This document shows, one piece after another, positions 7,969 through 18,000 of a DNA stretch of 38,156 bases (the first letter of the stretch is position 1; each line of letters opens with the position of its first letter). Both the position numbers and the translations under genes were made by a program. Source of the stretch: Rikenellaceae bacterium (GTDB taxonomy: Bacteria > Bacteroidota > Bacteroidia > Bacteroidales > Rikenellaceae). Location of the stretch: assembly GCA_045656065.1 (NCBI GenBank), contig JAZOQL010000013.1, forward strand, positions 1-38,156, in the 5' to 3' direction. The notes under the pieces are model-generated. The model saw nothing but the letters and a program-made list of their open reading frames with translations. It was not told the origin of the DNA and made no database searches.

Positions 7969-9072
7969 TTAGGATACTGTTTCGTCGTTATTAACTGTGT
8001 TGTTGGTGCTATCCACCGTAAATGTGTCAATGGTCACCGTTCCCTTAATCTGGAACACCTTGTCAAGACTGTCGATGAGCGTTCTCTGGATGTTTCGGAT
8101 TGTCGTTGCGTTGTAAAGTGCGAAAGCCTCTGTGAATTCCTGGGAATTGAAGCCCGTTGACTCGCTCATAAGACCGAACAAAGCCGGAACCGCACCCATA
8201 GCTGTAAAAATCTGTTCCCTGGAACGCTTCGCTGCTGCCTGGTACTTGTCGCCAAAGTCCTGAACATCAAGCTTTTGCACAGTTGCAAGATTGTCCTTTG
8301 AGGTGGCAAAATTGAGCATTATACGTCCCGAATTTCCGGTTCCGCAGAACTTTTCCTGGACATTTTTCTCAATTTCAGCCTTTTGGTCGTCGGTAGGGAT
8401 GCCGTTCGTAAAATTGATGAGGTAGGAGGGTGCAAACCCGTTCTGGAGCCCGGAAAGGTGGAAATCGTCTATATGACGCTCAATTTCACAAGCCCTGATA
8501 GCACCGGAGTACCTTGGGATAGGGTAAGGTGTCGAAGTTGTGTTCTTGATGTACACAATCGAGTTAACGTCGGTCGAATCCAGTACGAACTTCGGGTACA
8601 CCAACACTTTTGAGCTTCTAACCCACTTTTTCGCATATTCCTTACTATAATAAAACGACTGATTGTTTTCATCGGTCCTCAGGTAGCGGAAATCGATGTA
8701 ATTCAGCTCTGCGGGTTTGCCATTCTTGTTGCGAACGACCTCGTAGGCGCATCCACCGTAGATTTCGTAGTCCTTGGACAGATTTTTGATGAGGTCTCGC
8801 ATCGTATCACCCTTGCGGTTGACCGACACTTCCATTCCGGGGATGTTGCAGTGAACGTCATCGCCTGTAATGTAGTCTGCGGTGCCATCTACGATAGTTT
8901 TCAGGGTTGAGACATCGTTATAGAGGGACCATAGATATTCCGGGTATAGATTGTCTTCCCCGTAGTACACATAATCCTTGTTTCGAGCCGTTTCCTGGGT
9001 CAATGTCGGGATTGACTCGACGATTTTCTTGTCAATGGCAGCAAAAACCATTGGAATTGATGTATTTTCCAT
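7969..9072 (-). CDS. Portal protein (HK97-family-like)
   Basis: 367 aa. Portal-like segments include YYGEDNLYPEYLWSLYNDVSTLKTIVDG, GNSGRIMLNF and REQIFTAMGAVPALFGL. Confidence 0.7.
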   Translation of the reverse strand: MENTSIPMVFAAIDKKIVESIPTLTQETARNKDYVYYGEDNLYPEYLWSLYNDVSTLKTIVDGTADYITGDDVHCNIPGMEVSVNRKGDTMRDLIKNLSKDYEIYGGCAYEVVRNKNGKPAELNYIDFRYLRTDENNQSFYYSKEYAKKWVRSSKVLVYPKFVLDSTDVNSIVYIKNTTSTPYPIPRYSGAIRACEIERHIDDFHLSGLQNGFAPSYLINFTNGIPTDDQKAEIEKNVQEKFCGTGNSGRIMLNFATSKDNLATVQKLDVQDFGDKYQAAAKRSREQIFTAMGAVPALFGLMSESTGFNSQEFTEAFALYNATTIRNIQRTLIDSLDKVFQIKGTVTIDTFTVDSTNNTVNNDETVS

Positions 9073-9074
9073 TT

Positions 9075-9335
9075 TTAACCTTGGTATTGTACGTAAGTAG
9101 TCTTGGACTGAGCCGTATAAGCCGTTTTTTCAGGTACATACGCACCAACCTGGGCTACACCAGTCGCAAGATGGTTATTTTGGTCGTCCATAAGGACATA
9201 TTCATAGTCTCCGTCGTCCATTCCTTCCGGCAACTCAACATCGAACTCGTAATTGTAGGCTGAGGAACCCAAATCGACGATATTTTCAATGATTGTGACG
9301 ACTTTTGTAAGACAGTTGCTGAGTTGTAACTTCAT
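9075..9335 (-). CDS. Hypothetical small virion-module protein
   Basis: 86-aa ORF with an ATG start 16 nt after a TATATTTAT box. Its stop lies 2 nt before the portal ATG. Confidence 0.5.
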   Translation of the reverse strand: MKLQLSNCLTKVVTIIENIVDLGSSAYNYEFDVELPEGMDDGDYEYVLMDDQNNHLATGVAQVGAYVPEKTAYTAQSKTTYVQYQG

Positions 9336-9387
9336 TTTTCAACGATTTTACATAAATATAATCGTCATACCACCTGGCAAAGTGGTA

Positions 9388-9419
9388 CAATAAAGAAAGG
9401 TGGTACGAGACCACCTTTC
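9388..9419 (-). terminator. Rho-independent terminator inside the structural region
   Basis: Perfect 10-bp stem GAAAGGTGGT-ctcgt-ACCACCTTTC followed by TTTATTG on the minus strand. A second hairpin TACCAC/GTGGTA lies at 9367..9388. Confidence 0.7.
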
Positions 9420-9464
9420 ACAGTTAATATGGGGACCCAGGAATTACGCCTGGATAGTTGCAGA

Positions 9465-11681
9465 TTAAAGGTCATCAACGACCGTCCAGTTACTTCCAAG
9501 ACCAGTTATGATATTGGAGTAGTTTGAAGTTGCACCAGACGGGATGTGAAGGGTACCTGTTGAACCACTCAGACCAGTGATTGGGTCACTTCCAGGATAA
9601 ACACTGTTTCCGTCTGCCATATAGCAGTTGAAGACAGTCACACCAGTCAAATCGCTAAACGTAGGTTGTTCAAACTGAGCACAATTAGCGTCGAGTGTGA
9701 TTGCGGTCAAGCTGTTGGAACCGTTAAATACGTCACTCCAGAAACCCCAAGAAACGTTATCCGAATGACCATAGAAGCTCACCATATCAGTATTTTGTAG
9801 CCAACCCTGGAGGTACGGGTCGTTCTCTCGTTCAAGGACGATTGTGTGTGTACCAGCGGAAGGTATTGTGTACTGGAAATGACTATCACCATCAAAAGAA
9901 ATGCTATCTCTAATGTCGGCTCCGTCACAGTAGGCACCGGAGAACTCAAAATAACCTTCACCGCTTGAAATGTTCACAGTCTGATTGTCTGCCGATGTCA
10001 TATACACACATTCGTAACTTGTAACCGGAGCATAGGCTCTCTGTACGAAAGTCAGAGGCACCTGTTTCACACAGTGTTCGTCTGAAAGGTCGGGGTCTGA
10101 GTAGTAATTCACACTAAAGCTGTGTACAATATCATCAGAGCTTGTATTTGCTGAAGCGATTGTTGTTGCGGTCACTGACTCGCTGGTGCTACCCGAAGTA
10201 ATCAATACCTCATACTCGCCCTCAGATAAAAGTGCAAAGTAGGCACCAGTTGTAACGGTAATATCAGCAACTACATCACCAGTCCAGTTGTATTTGACAC
10301 TATATTCTGGCTCGTTACTACCAGCTAACACAGCATCGCCAGGATTAACACCTCCCTGGTACAAGCCGTCACCATAATAACTAACTTCTGCACCAGAACG
10401 GTAGAATCTTGCAGTTACTCGACAATCCCTTGCAGCAAAAGTAGTGTTTGCGTTTATGGTGATTGATACACTATCTTCACTCGTTACACCAGATACACTG
10501 TAAACACCTGGGTAATCAGTGAAGGACATTGAACCATCGTTAGGGATTTCAACCCTCCAGGTGTCAGGATATGCAGCCGTACCAAGGTTTACTACAAAGT
10601 CTCTTGTGGCACCAGATTGCGGAACTTCAGAAGTGTCATTCCAGTATGCGTATGGCATTGAGGTATTACCGTCCTGATTGAAGTTTAGCCATTCAACCCT
10701 TTCCTGATGTGTGTACTCACTGTCTGTGTAGAAATCAACCTGAATTTGATAGTACTGAGGGGCGTAATTTGTGTTTTCTGGATATTCAATATTGAAAACA
10801 TTTTGTGAAGAACCACTATACTCTTCGCCAGTGAACGGGTTATGGACCACTACGTAATATCCAACTTGGTCGTTGACGATATAAACGGAAGTTGTGCCAC
10901 TTTCATAACCAACAGTCTTGTCTTTGATGTAATAGTCTGGATTGAATGAAGGTACAACCTTGTTTCTACCAGTCTGTGTAACTTGTCCAGTTACTGAGTT
11001 CTTGAGAACGGTCCTTTCCGGGTCTTTATAGAAATTCACTGTGAAGGTAGTTTCCCTGACAGCGGCATCATTTCTTACACAATAAAATGCAACAGAACCG
11101 CTACCATACCCTTCGATACGGGTTGGTCTGAGCCATTCAACATTATACTCAATACGCCAGTATAGGTTTTCTCCGTACACCGTACAATAGGTGTTGCCAG
11201 CATTGTAACCCCTATTGAGGCTTGTTGGTTCGATAAAACCATCCTCAATTACAACACCTTCCTGGTTGATGGTTGTAACCACCCTGTTACGTTCTACTAA
11301 GAACTGGCTGTCGTAATAGAAAACAACAGTAAACTCTGTACTTCTACTATCCTCACTTGTGTTCTGTTGAACATATAGTGTTGGGTAAGCGTTACCGTAG
11401 CCTTGCTGTTCATCACTGTAAGCAAAGGAACCAAACTCTATTTGCCAGTAAAGTCCGTCTGCCTGAATTTGGAATGGAGTTGAAGCCTCTCCGCTAACAA
11501 AATCAATGGTACCACCAAGTGTATCGGAACCAGCTTCTATCGTTTCCAGGCTGTTGTAGTCGAGGTAGATTCCGTCGTTCTCGTTGCCGTACTGAGCGAC
11601 GTATGGCTTTGCCAACTTGCCCTGGTCAAGAGCCTGCTGGACATATAGCTGACTTTCAAATTTACCAATATAATGCGCCAT
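9465..11681 (-). CDS. Large virion protein with about five degenerate BACON/Ig-like repeats and a BspA-LRR-type C-terminal cap
   Basis: Repeating units end ...STEFTVVFYYDSQFLVERNRVVTTINQEG, ...ETTFTVNFYKDPERTVLKNSVTGQVTQTG and ...YYQIQVDFYTDSEYTHQERVEWLNFNQDG. The C-terminus GTLHIPSGATSNYSNIITGLGSNWTVVDDL is shared with 22549..24978 and 24998..26674. Confidence 0.55.
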   Translation of the reverse strand: MAHYIGKFESQLYVQQALDQGKLAKPYVAQYGNENDGIYLDYNSLETIEAGSDTLGGTIDFVSGEASTPFQIQADGLYWQIEFGSFAYSDEQQGYGNAYPTLYVQQNTSEDSRSTEFTVVFYYDSQFLVERNRVVTTINQEGVVIEDGFIEPTSLNRGYNAGNTYCTVYGENLYWRIEYNVEWLRPTRIEGYGSGSVAFYCVRNDAAVRETTFTVNFYKDPERTVLKNSVTGQVTQTGRNKVVPSFNPDYYIKDKTVGYESGTTSVYIVNDQVGYYVVVHNPFTGEEYSGSSQNVFNIEYPENTNYAPQYYQIQVDFYTDSEYTHQERVEWLNFNQDGNTSMPYAYWNDTSEVPQSGATRDFVVNLGTAAYPDTWRVEIPNDGSMSFTDYPGVYSVSGVTSEDSVSITINANTTFAARDCRVTARFYRSGAEVSYYGDGLYQGGVNPGDAVLAGSNEPEYSVKYNWTGDVVADITVTTGAYFALLSEGEYEVLITSGSTSESVTATTIASANTSSDDIVHSFSVNYYSDPDLSDEHCVKQVPLTFVQRAYAPVTSYECVYMTSADNQTVNISSGEGYFEFSGAYCDGADIRDSISFDGDSHFQYTIPSAGTHTIVLERENDPYLQGWLQNTDMVSFYGHSDNVSWGFWSDVFNGSNSLTAITLDANCAQFEQPTFSDLTGVTVFNCYMADGNSVYPGSDPITGLSGSTGTLHIPSGATSNYSNIITGLGSNWTVVDDL

Positions 11682-11830
11682 TAGTTACCTGAGTTATTTT
11701 CTACATTATTCATACGTTCATTGAGGTCGTTAAGTGCTCTTGCAATAACCTCTTCCTGTGCGGTTGACATACCGCCACCACCGCCGGAACCACCGCCAGC
11801 GAAGTTGATAGTTGACAAATCAATAACCAT
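11681..11830 (-). CDS. Small ORF (49 aa) absent from the ORF track
   Basis: MVIDLSTINFAGGGSGGGGGMSTAQEEVIARALNDLNERMNNVENNSGN. ATG start 12 nt after the upstream stop. Its stop overlaps the next ATG (TAATG). Confidence 0.4.
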   Translation of the reverse strand: MVIDLSTINFAGGGSGGGGGMSTAQEEVIARALNDLNERMNNVENNSGN

Positions 11831-11842
11831 AGCTGTGGAATA

Positions 11843-12073
11843 TTAGTAGATTATTGTTACTGTGTCGGTATTACCGCTAAGACGGATGTATTGGTTAAAT
11901 GCGACCCCGTTGCAGATAAGGGTTTCGTCTGCCGGAACTTCCTCGCTGTAGCTCGAATAGTTTTCGCCATCGGCTGAATACTGGAGTACGTAACCGCTGC
12001 TTGAAGGACTGACGCTGAAGGAATGGGCGTCCACCTGGAATGGGGTCTCCCCCTGGATAATTTTCTTTGCCAT
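11843..12073 (-). CDS. Hypothetical small beta-rich protein
   Basis: 76-aa ORF with an ATG start, in the structural operon. Confidence 0.45.
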   Translation of the reverse strand: MAKKIIQGETPFQVDAHSFSVSPSSSGYVLQYSADGENYSSYSEEVPADETLICNGVAFNQYIRLSGNTDTVTIIY

Positions 12074-12121
12074 TTTGTTAATCTTTTTCTCACCCTGATT
12101 AACAGGTTATTTACCATAGAT

Positions 12122-12155
12122 ATAAAAAATCACCGCATCGGTTGATACGGTGATT
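12122..12155 (-). terminator. Rho-independent terminator after the tube-like gene
   Basis: AATCACCG-12-nt loop-CGGTGATT followed by TTTTATATC on the minus strand. Confidence 0.7.
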
Positions 12156-12174
12156 AACTATTTGCGGAATGCGA

Positions 12175-12753
12175 TTAGGCTTCCTTCTCAGCAGCCTCGA
12201 TTACTGCAAGTGCAGCAGCCTCAGTGACTTCGAACGGATACTCGTCAGAAGAATCCCTAAGGGTGACCTGGTAGTAGTTACCGTCGGTCTTCTGCTGTCC
12301 GGTCTGACCAACACCAGCGTTTGCGGTGACACCCTCGTTGTAACCGAGGAACCAGTAAGCACCGTTTGAGTCCTTGACCAAACAAGCTACTTCACCCTTT
12401 GCAAGTGCAACCATTTCGGTGCGCTTCTTGGTTTCCATACGGCTGAAGAGCATAACGAGGTCAGTCTCGATGTAAGAAACACCGTTGGTCTCGTCGATGG
12501 TAAGGTTTGAGGTCATAGAACCACTGTTCTTGCGGAACTTGTATTCAACCCAACCAGCGGTAGCCACCGTAGCGTCACCAGCATAGGTAAAGCCAGTAAT
12601 CATATTGTAGGTAGATGCAGACTCGTCACTTTCCGTATCGACAACGGCTGACTGGAGCTTGTCGTAAGGGAGTAGGTACACAACCTGGATACCACCAACA
12701 CTGTTTGAGCAGCTTGCGTTAAGTGCGTTAAGTGTAATTGATTTACAAGACAT
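12175..12753 (-). CDS. Abundant virion protein: major tail (tube) candidate, alternatively head decoration
   Basis: 192 aa, directly after the capsid gene and followed by a strong terminator. The segment LVKDSNGAYWFLGYNEGVTANAGVGQTGQQKTDGNYYQVTL resembles tail-tube families. Confidence 0.4.
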   Translation of the reverse strand: MSCKSITLNALNASCSNSVGGIQVVYLLPYDKLQSAVVDTESDESASTYNMITGFTYAGDATVATAGWVEYKFRKNSGSMTSNLTIDETNGVSYIETDLVMLFSRMETKKRTEMVALAKGEVACLVKDSNGAYWFLGYNEGVTANAGVGQTGQQKTDGNYYQVTLRDSSDEYPFEVTEAAALAVIEAAEKEA

Positions 12754-12834
12754 TGTTATACTTTGTTTACTTTCTTATTTTTTCTCATAAAGGGGCGAAC
12801 CCTATTGTCCACCCCAGGTTTCCAGCGGTCCTGA

Positions 12835-13746
12835 TTAGGCGATGGTATAAAGAACCACCATATCAGGATAGAAGGTGTTGATACCAGCAGCGAACTTAAT
12901 CTTCAGTTTGAAGATGTCGTCGTCCTCGGAGAACCAGAGTTTGTACTCTTCCTTATCGTTGAGCATATCGGAGCCGAAACGAATGTTGTTCCAACTGGTG
13001 ATGTAAATCTTGTCGTTTACGCCACTCATACCGATGGTCTTGTGGATAGGAACGTTGGTGCCAGGGAAAGTGATGTCGATGTCCTCCTGCTTTGCATCAG
13101 GTGCGAAGTGGTAAAGGTTCTTCTCAACCAAAGCATCAACAAATGCCCTGTAATTGCTTGGACTTACGAACACAACAGCCTCGTCAAGAAGGTCCTCAGG
13201 GATAGCGAAGATAGCTTCCTTGATTGCGTTGTAAACGCTGGTACCAGCAGCGGTCTGACCAGTGATGGTGGAAGCGGCGTCAGCACCAGCAGCGATGGTC
13301 AAAAGACCGTCGATGAGGTCACCGTTATTCTTGTCACCCTGCCACACAAGCTCTTCAAGCTGCTTGTTGACGGAAAGGTTAACCTCGTCCATAAGCTTGC
13401 CCTCGAAAGGAAGGGTCTCCTGTCCAGCAGCGAGGCGAACCTCGTACTCATAGACCTTACCAATAAGGTCGTCCGGACACCAAGTCTTGTTAACCTTCAT
13501 AATTGCGACCTCGATTTCCCTCTCGGAAAGAACGTCGTCGCCTTCTGCGTTGAATCCGCAGCCCCTACCGTCCTGAAGTGGAGCATTGACGGAAAGTTGA
13601 TGCATACGAGCCTTGGTCTTCACACCAAGCTCCTTGCCTGCCTTAGCAATAGTGTCACCCTTACGAGAACCGAAGATAGCCTCTTTGGTCAAAAGCTCGG
13701 TATTCTCCTTTACATAAGCGGTAAGACCTGAAACTTCAAATGCCAT
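12835..13746 (-). CDS. Major capsid protein
   Basis: 303 aa, directly downstream of the protease and acidic coiled-coil scaffold genes. Composition and size fit an HK97-fold capsid protein. Confidence 0.65.
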   Translation of the reverse strand: MAFEVSGLTAYVKENTELLTKEAIFGSRKGDTIAKAGKELGVKTKARMHQLSVNAPLQDGRGCGFNAEGDDVLSEREIEVAIMKVNKTWCPDDLIGKVYEYEVRLAAGQETLPFEGKLMDEVNLSVNKQLEELVWQGDKNNGDLIDGLLTIAAGADAASTITGQTAAGTSVYNAIKEAIFAIPEDLLDEAVVFVSPSNYRAFVDALVEKNLYHFAPDAKQEDIDITFPGTNVPIHKTIGMSGVNDKIYITSWNNIRFGSDMLNDKEEYKLWFSEDDDIFKLKIKFAAGINTFYPDMVVLYTIA

Positions 13747-13812
13747 TTTTCTTATAGTTTTACTTGATTATTATTTTCTTTTGCTTCTAAATATCAGATA
13801 GTCAAAAACTGG

Positions 13813-14370
13813 TTAGTTTTTGAAGTACCTGCGAAGATTGTTCAGTTTCTTGTCGTCTGATTTTTCAGAAACGACCTTATCGAACTGTTCCTCGGCTGGC
13901 TCAGCAGCGGGCTCTTCAAGCTTTGCCTCAAGCTCTGCAATGCGCTCCCTGAGTTCACCATTTTCTCTTTCGAGTCTTGCGACCTCGGCTTCCAGGTTTG
14001 CGATACGCTCGTCCCTTGGGTCAACCTCAGTCTCTGCCTCAGCCTCAGGCTCTTCGGACTCGTTCTGTTCGTCGTTCTGCGGAGTTTCCTCGGCAGGTTC
14101 CTCAGTTTCCTGCGGTGCTTCATCGGCAACTTCAGGCTCCCTGATTTCCGCTACCTTACCATCGGCGATTACATAGACAGTTCCGTCCTCGATTTTGTAT
14201 TCACCGTCCTCAGGTACAGTCTCGTTTCCATCTTCGTCAACGAGCATAACACTCATACCAACCTCAAGTTCGTCACCATCGTAAGAAAGCAAACCCTTAT
14301 CAGTTGCGAGTTTGGCAAACTGTGCGAGTACGCTCTGCAACAGTGCCTTGATTTTGTTAATTTTTGCCAT
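13813..14370 (-). CDS. Scaffolding protein
   Basis: 185 aa, highly acidic (EEPAEETPQNDEQNESEEPEAEAETE), with a coiled-coil segment (RIANLEAEVARLERENGELRERIAELEAKLEE). Lies between the protease and capsid genes. Confidence 0.6.
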   Translation of the reverse strand: MAKINKIKALLQSVLAQFAKLATDKGLLSYDGDELEVGMSVMLVDEDGNETVPEDGEYKIEDGTVYVIADGKVAEIREPEVADEAPQETEEPAEETPQNDEQNESEEPEAEAETEVDPRDERIANLEAEVARLERENGELRERIAELEAKLEEPAAEPAEEQFDKVVSEKSDDKKLNNLRRYFKN

Positions 14371-14372
14371 TG

Positions 14373-14981
14373 TTACTTATTTAATTTGTTACTTATTTTC
14401 TCAAGCAGACCCTCGATTTCGTCGAGGACGTTTATTTTCTTTGATAGCTCAACAGGAACCACATCGAAAGTACCAGCAAGGCTGAACCCCTTCCACTGAC
14501 CTTCCTTGATGCCTTGCCAGATTTCGTCGTTGAGGATGTGGTATTCGAACATAAGGGTGTCATCCGGCATATCCTCGAAACCCTTGGGGGCGATGCCCTT
14601 TTCCCGGTTGATGAAGAACGCCTGGGTAAGCACAACACCTTCAACCAGTTCGAAACTATGGTCAGTATCGACGTTGTTTACGTTCATTTCCTGGAAGAAA
14701 CGCTCAGCCATCTTATGGATTGTTGCCGCCTCGTATTTGATGTAGTAAGGCATACCATCAGCGGTTTCCCTGTAAATGAGCTTGTCAGGAACCATCACAA
14801 CACCAAGGACCTTTCTCTGTTCCTCGTCCTGGATGCTGAACTGGAGTTTTTCCTGTTTATTGAAGGCAAGGAACTCGCTCTCAACGGCTGGGTCGTCAAC
14901 GAGTGAAACAACCACCATTCCGGTGTCCTCGCTGTCAAGCATAGCCTTGTAAACAGGTATTCCGTTATATGATGAAATCAT
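14373..14981 (-). CDS. Prohead protease candidate (XkdF-like)
   Basis: Pattern EEQRKVLGVVMVPDKLIYRETADGMPYYIKYEAATIHKMAERFFQE...DTDHS resembles XkdF-type phage proteases. The ATG at 14981 was chosen because the longer track ORF runs into the upstream terminator. Confidence 0.55.
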   Translation of the reverse strand: MISSYNGIPVYKAMLDSEDTGMVVVSLVDDPAVESEFLAFNKQEKLQFSIQDEEQRKVLGVVMVPDKLIYRETADGMPYYIKYEAATIHKMAERFFQEMNVNNVDTDHSFELVEGVVLTQAFFINREKGIAPKGFEDMPDDTLMFEYHILNDEIWQGIKEGQWKGFSLAGTFDVVPVELSKKINVLDEIEGLLEKISNKLNK

Positions 14982-15003
14982 TGTGAACAATTTTGTTATA
15001 GAT

Positions 15004-15033
15004 ATAAAATAAGGGGCTTTTGGCAAGCCCCTT
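15004..15033 (-). terminator. Rho-independent terminator after the tape-measure gene
   Basis: AAGGGGCTT-gccaa-AAGCCCCTT followed by ATTTTATATC on the minus strand. Confidence 0.7.
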
Positions 15034-15072
15034 TACTTGTAATCAGCACTAACAAGCTATGTTGCTTGTAAG

Positions 15073-18000
15073 TTACCAGGTTGTCTCATTTGTACGTTTC
15101 GTAGCCAGTTCCTGACTTGCCGTCACATCCGATTCTACTACGAAGGCTCTAAGAGGTTTCTCGTCAAGACTGTTGCGTAGGTAATCGGTATCGTCCTTAC
15201 CTGTCACATTGGTCACATACTGTGGCTGGTAATCGGAAAGTGAAGGCATCGCATTGACGTATGAGTCAGCACCGGAACCAGTATTGTCCTTGGTGGTGGC
15301 GAGAATAAGCTTCACATTTGCCATACCAGCGGCGAGTGCGGCGGCAGCAGCAGCGATACCAAGTGCCGGACCGACATAAGGGATTGAAGCAAGTGAGTTG
15401 TAAGCACCAACGGCACTACCGAGAGCGTCCATCGTTGCAGCAGCAGCCTTGATACCCCTGTACTCGTCAAGCTGTTTCTCGGCTTCCTCATTGGTCATCT
15501 TGCCTTCCGCAACCTTTACCTGCATCGTCTTTTCAACGGCGGTATAAACATCGTCGAAGATGCCACTGAGTCCCTGGAAACCCTGCTGGAGGTAACCCGA
15601 AATCTCATCGAAAGCAGCCTTCGCATTATCAACCCTCATCTGGTCAATCTGCAACTGGTATTCAAGCGTACCGAGTGCAAGTTCCTTCTGGGCGTCCGCA
15701 AGTGCGGCTTCCATTTCGAGCCTTTCCTGACCGACGAGTTTGCCACTATCAAGCACCTTCTGCATCTGTTCAATCTGAGCCTTGGCACTTTCCTCGTAGA
15801 TTTTCTTTTCATCTTCGAGACCTTGAAGTTCAGCTTTGTTACGTTCCACACCCCAGACGCTGGTGCTACCCATAGCACCCCAGACCCTTTCGCCCTTGAC
15901 GTTTGCATCATTACCGAGAAGCATAGCGTATCCGGTATTCACACTGTTCATTCGTTTGCGGGCGTCCTCCCAACGCTGAATCTGTGCGATTGCAGCATCG
16001 GCTTCCTCCTTTGCATACTTTGATGTGATTTTCAGGCGTTCCTGGGCGTAGTGTTCCTCAAGGTTGGTAGTTTCAATACCCTTGCGTTCGTACTCCTTGA
16101 TTTCCTTGTCCATTGTGTCCTGAAGGTTGGCAAGTTCAACTTCCATCATCGCCTTGTTGTATTCGTTTATGGTCTTTGAAGTTGCCAAATCAAGTGCCTT
16201 GCGTTCAAGCAGTGCGTTCTTGTACTTATCGACGTACTTGTCAAGGATGTCCTGCTTACGCTTGGTGTACTCAGCCTCCAGTCCGGTCGTATCCTCACCA
16301 GCGTTCTTGTAGATTTCCACCTGAACGGTATGCCACTCTTCGAGTTTGTCCAGTTCAACCTGGAGTTCAGTCTTAAGTGAATCAAGGTACTGTTTTTGGA
16401 GTTTGGTATGGTACTCATTGAAATCGTTGAGGTACTTCTGCTTGTTTACCTGTGCCTCTCTGAGAGCCTTTTCGTCATTCTTGTAATGCTCGATGTACTC
16501 GTCATACATCTTGTTGTAATACTTGAGACCTTCGGCACTGTACTTCCAGATTGAAGCGAAGTCGAGTTCCTCGTATTCACCCTGGAATTTCTGCAAAGTC
16601 GCCTCGAATTCCTTGATGTAGAGTTCCCACTTACTGAACCAGTTGTCACCCTTACCGGAACCACCGTTCTTACCAAACAGCAACTCGCTCGGATTGAACT
16701 CTTCGAGGAACTTGTTAAGCCACTGCTCAAAGTCGTTCTGAACACCCTTAAGGTTTTCCTCGGCTCTCTTGATGGAACCCTGCAAAGCATCGTCCATAGC
16801 CTTCTGGGTTTGTTCAGGCGTAGGCATACTACCGACACCGATGGTAGGTGAGTAAACGGTACCCATAGTCTGCTGGAAACTACCGAGTGCGTCAATCTTT
16901 CCGTTCCTTGCCTCGGCGACCTTATCCATTGCATCGATTACGTCCTTGTACTTCTCGGTAATCTTGGATGTCATAGCCTCAGCTTGTGCCTGTTTGATGA
17001 GAGCCTTTGTAACCTCGTCAATGGACTGTGCGAACTCACCGTTCTTTACCTTTGCTATATTGGTTGCGGTCGTAGCACTGCCCATCGTTTTCAGCACTTC
17101 CTTCGCAGCAATGGTACGTTCCTTATCTGACTTGGAAGCCATCGTAGCCCACTTGCTGTATATCTGAAGGTCTACAAGCTGTTTTGCGGCGTTCCTATGT
17201 CCCTCCTGCATTGCCTGGTTCCACTCCTTCTGGAACCTTGCAGCCTGCTTTGCTTCCTTGTTGAAAATGTTAAGGTTTCTCGCCCACTTGATAATGTCCT
17301 TACCGAAGATTGCAAGCACCATAATCACAGCAAGTATTAAAGTCTGCCAGGACAAAAGCGTCTTGATTAGACCCTTCAATGCACCTCCGGCGGTCTGCAT
17401 CTTACGCTGTTCCTCGACTACTTTCTCAGCAGCAGCAAGTTTGTTTTCAGCATTGGTGAGACCGATTTCAGCAGCCGTAAGTTCAGCGGTTGCAGCAGCA
17501 AGGTCGATGGTAAGCTGTGAGTTCTGTGCCTTGAGTTTGTTAAGGGTTTCAAGGTTTATGATAAGTTCCTGGTCTGTGCCGTTAAGGTTAACCTTTGAAG
17601 CAACCTCAGCCATCAATGCCTGGACCCTTGCCTGTGTCAGAGCAAGGTCGTTCTTCTTAGCCTGAGCAGCCGCCAAGGTCGCCCTTGCCTGTTCGAGTTC
17701 TGCCTTGGCACTGTCCCTAACAGCCTCGGCTTCCGCAAGGTGTGAACCAGCGGACTGCAACACCGCAGTAGTTTCAGCCTGGTGCGCTTCCATTGACTCG
17801 GCTGCTTCACCAGCTTCTGCTCGGTGTGCGGTAGCATCCTGAGAAGCCGCAACACTTGCAGCATCCCCTGCTTCCTTGAGTGACCTATAAGCGTTGACTA
17901 TGCTTGGAATTTGCTGAGCCAACTGCATAAAGAACTGCTCAGGACCATTCTCAAGTGAAGGTATCGTCTTCGCCAGGCTGATGAAAGACCTTGACATAGA

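Noticed and set aside
12754-12834. Small hairpin AGGG-ttcgc-CCCT between the capsid and tube-like genes as a terminator
   Set aside because: The stem is only 4 bp and has no clear U-tract. It is too weak to call.
13042-13731. 229-aa plus-strand ORF
   Set aside because: It is entirely antisense to the well-supported major capsid gene. Its sequence is low-complexity and Ser/Leu/Val-rich, typical of a shadow ORF.
14982-15026. N-terminal extension of the protease ORF
   Set aside because: It runs into the tape-measure terminator stem (15011..15033) and uses a non-ATG start. The ATG at 14981 is preferred.
16446-16934. 162-aa alternative-frame ORF inside the tape-measure gene, with several others between 15636 and 18430
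   Set aside because: These are same-strand or antisense frames within a long biased coiled-coil gene. Their composition is Arg/Ser/Thr-rich and they lack independent start context.
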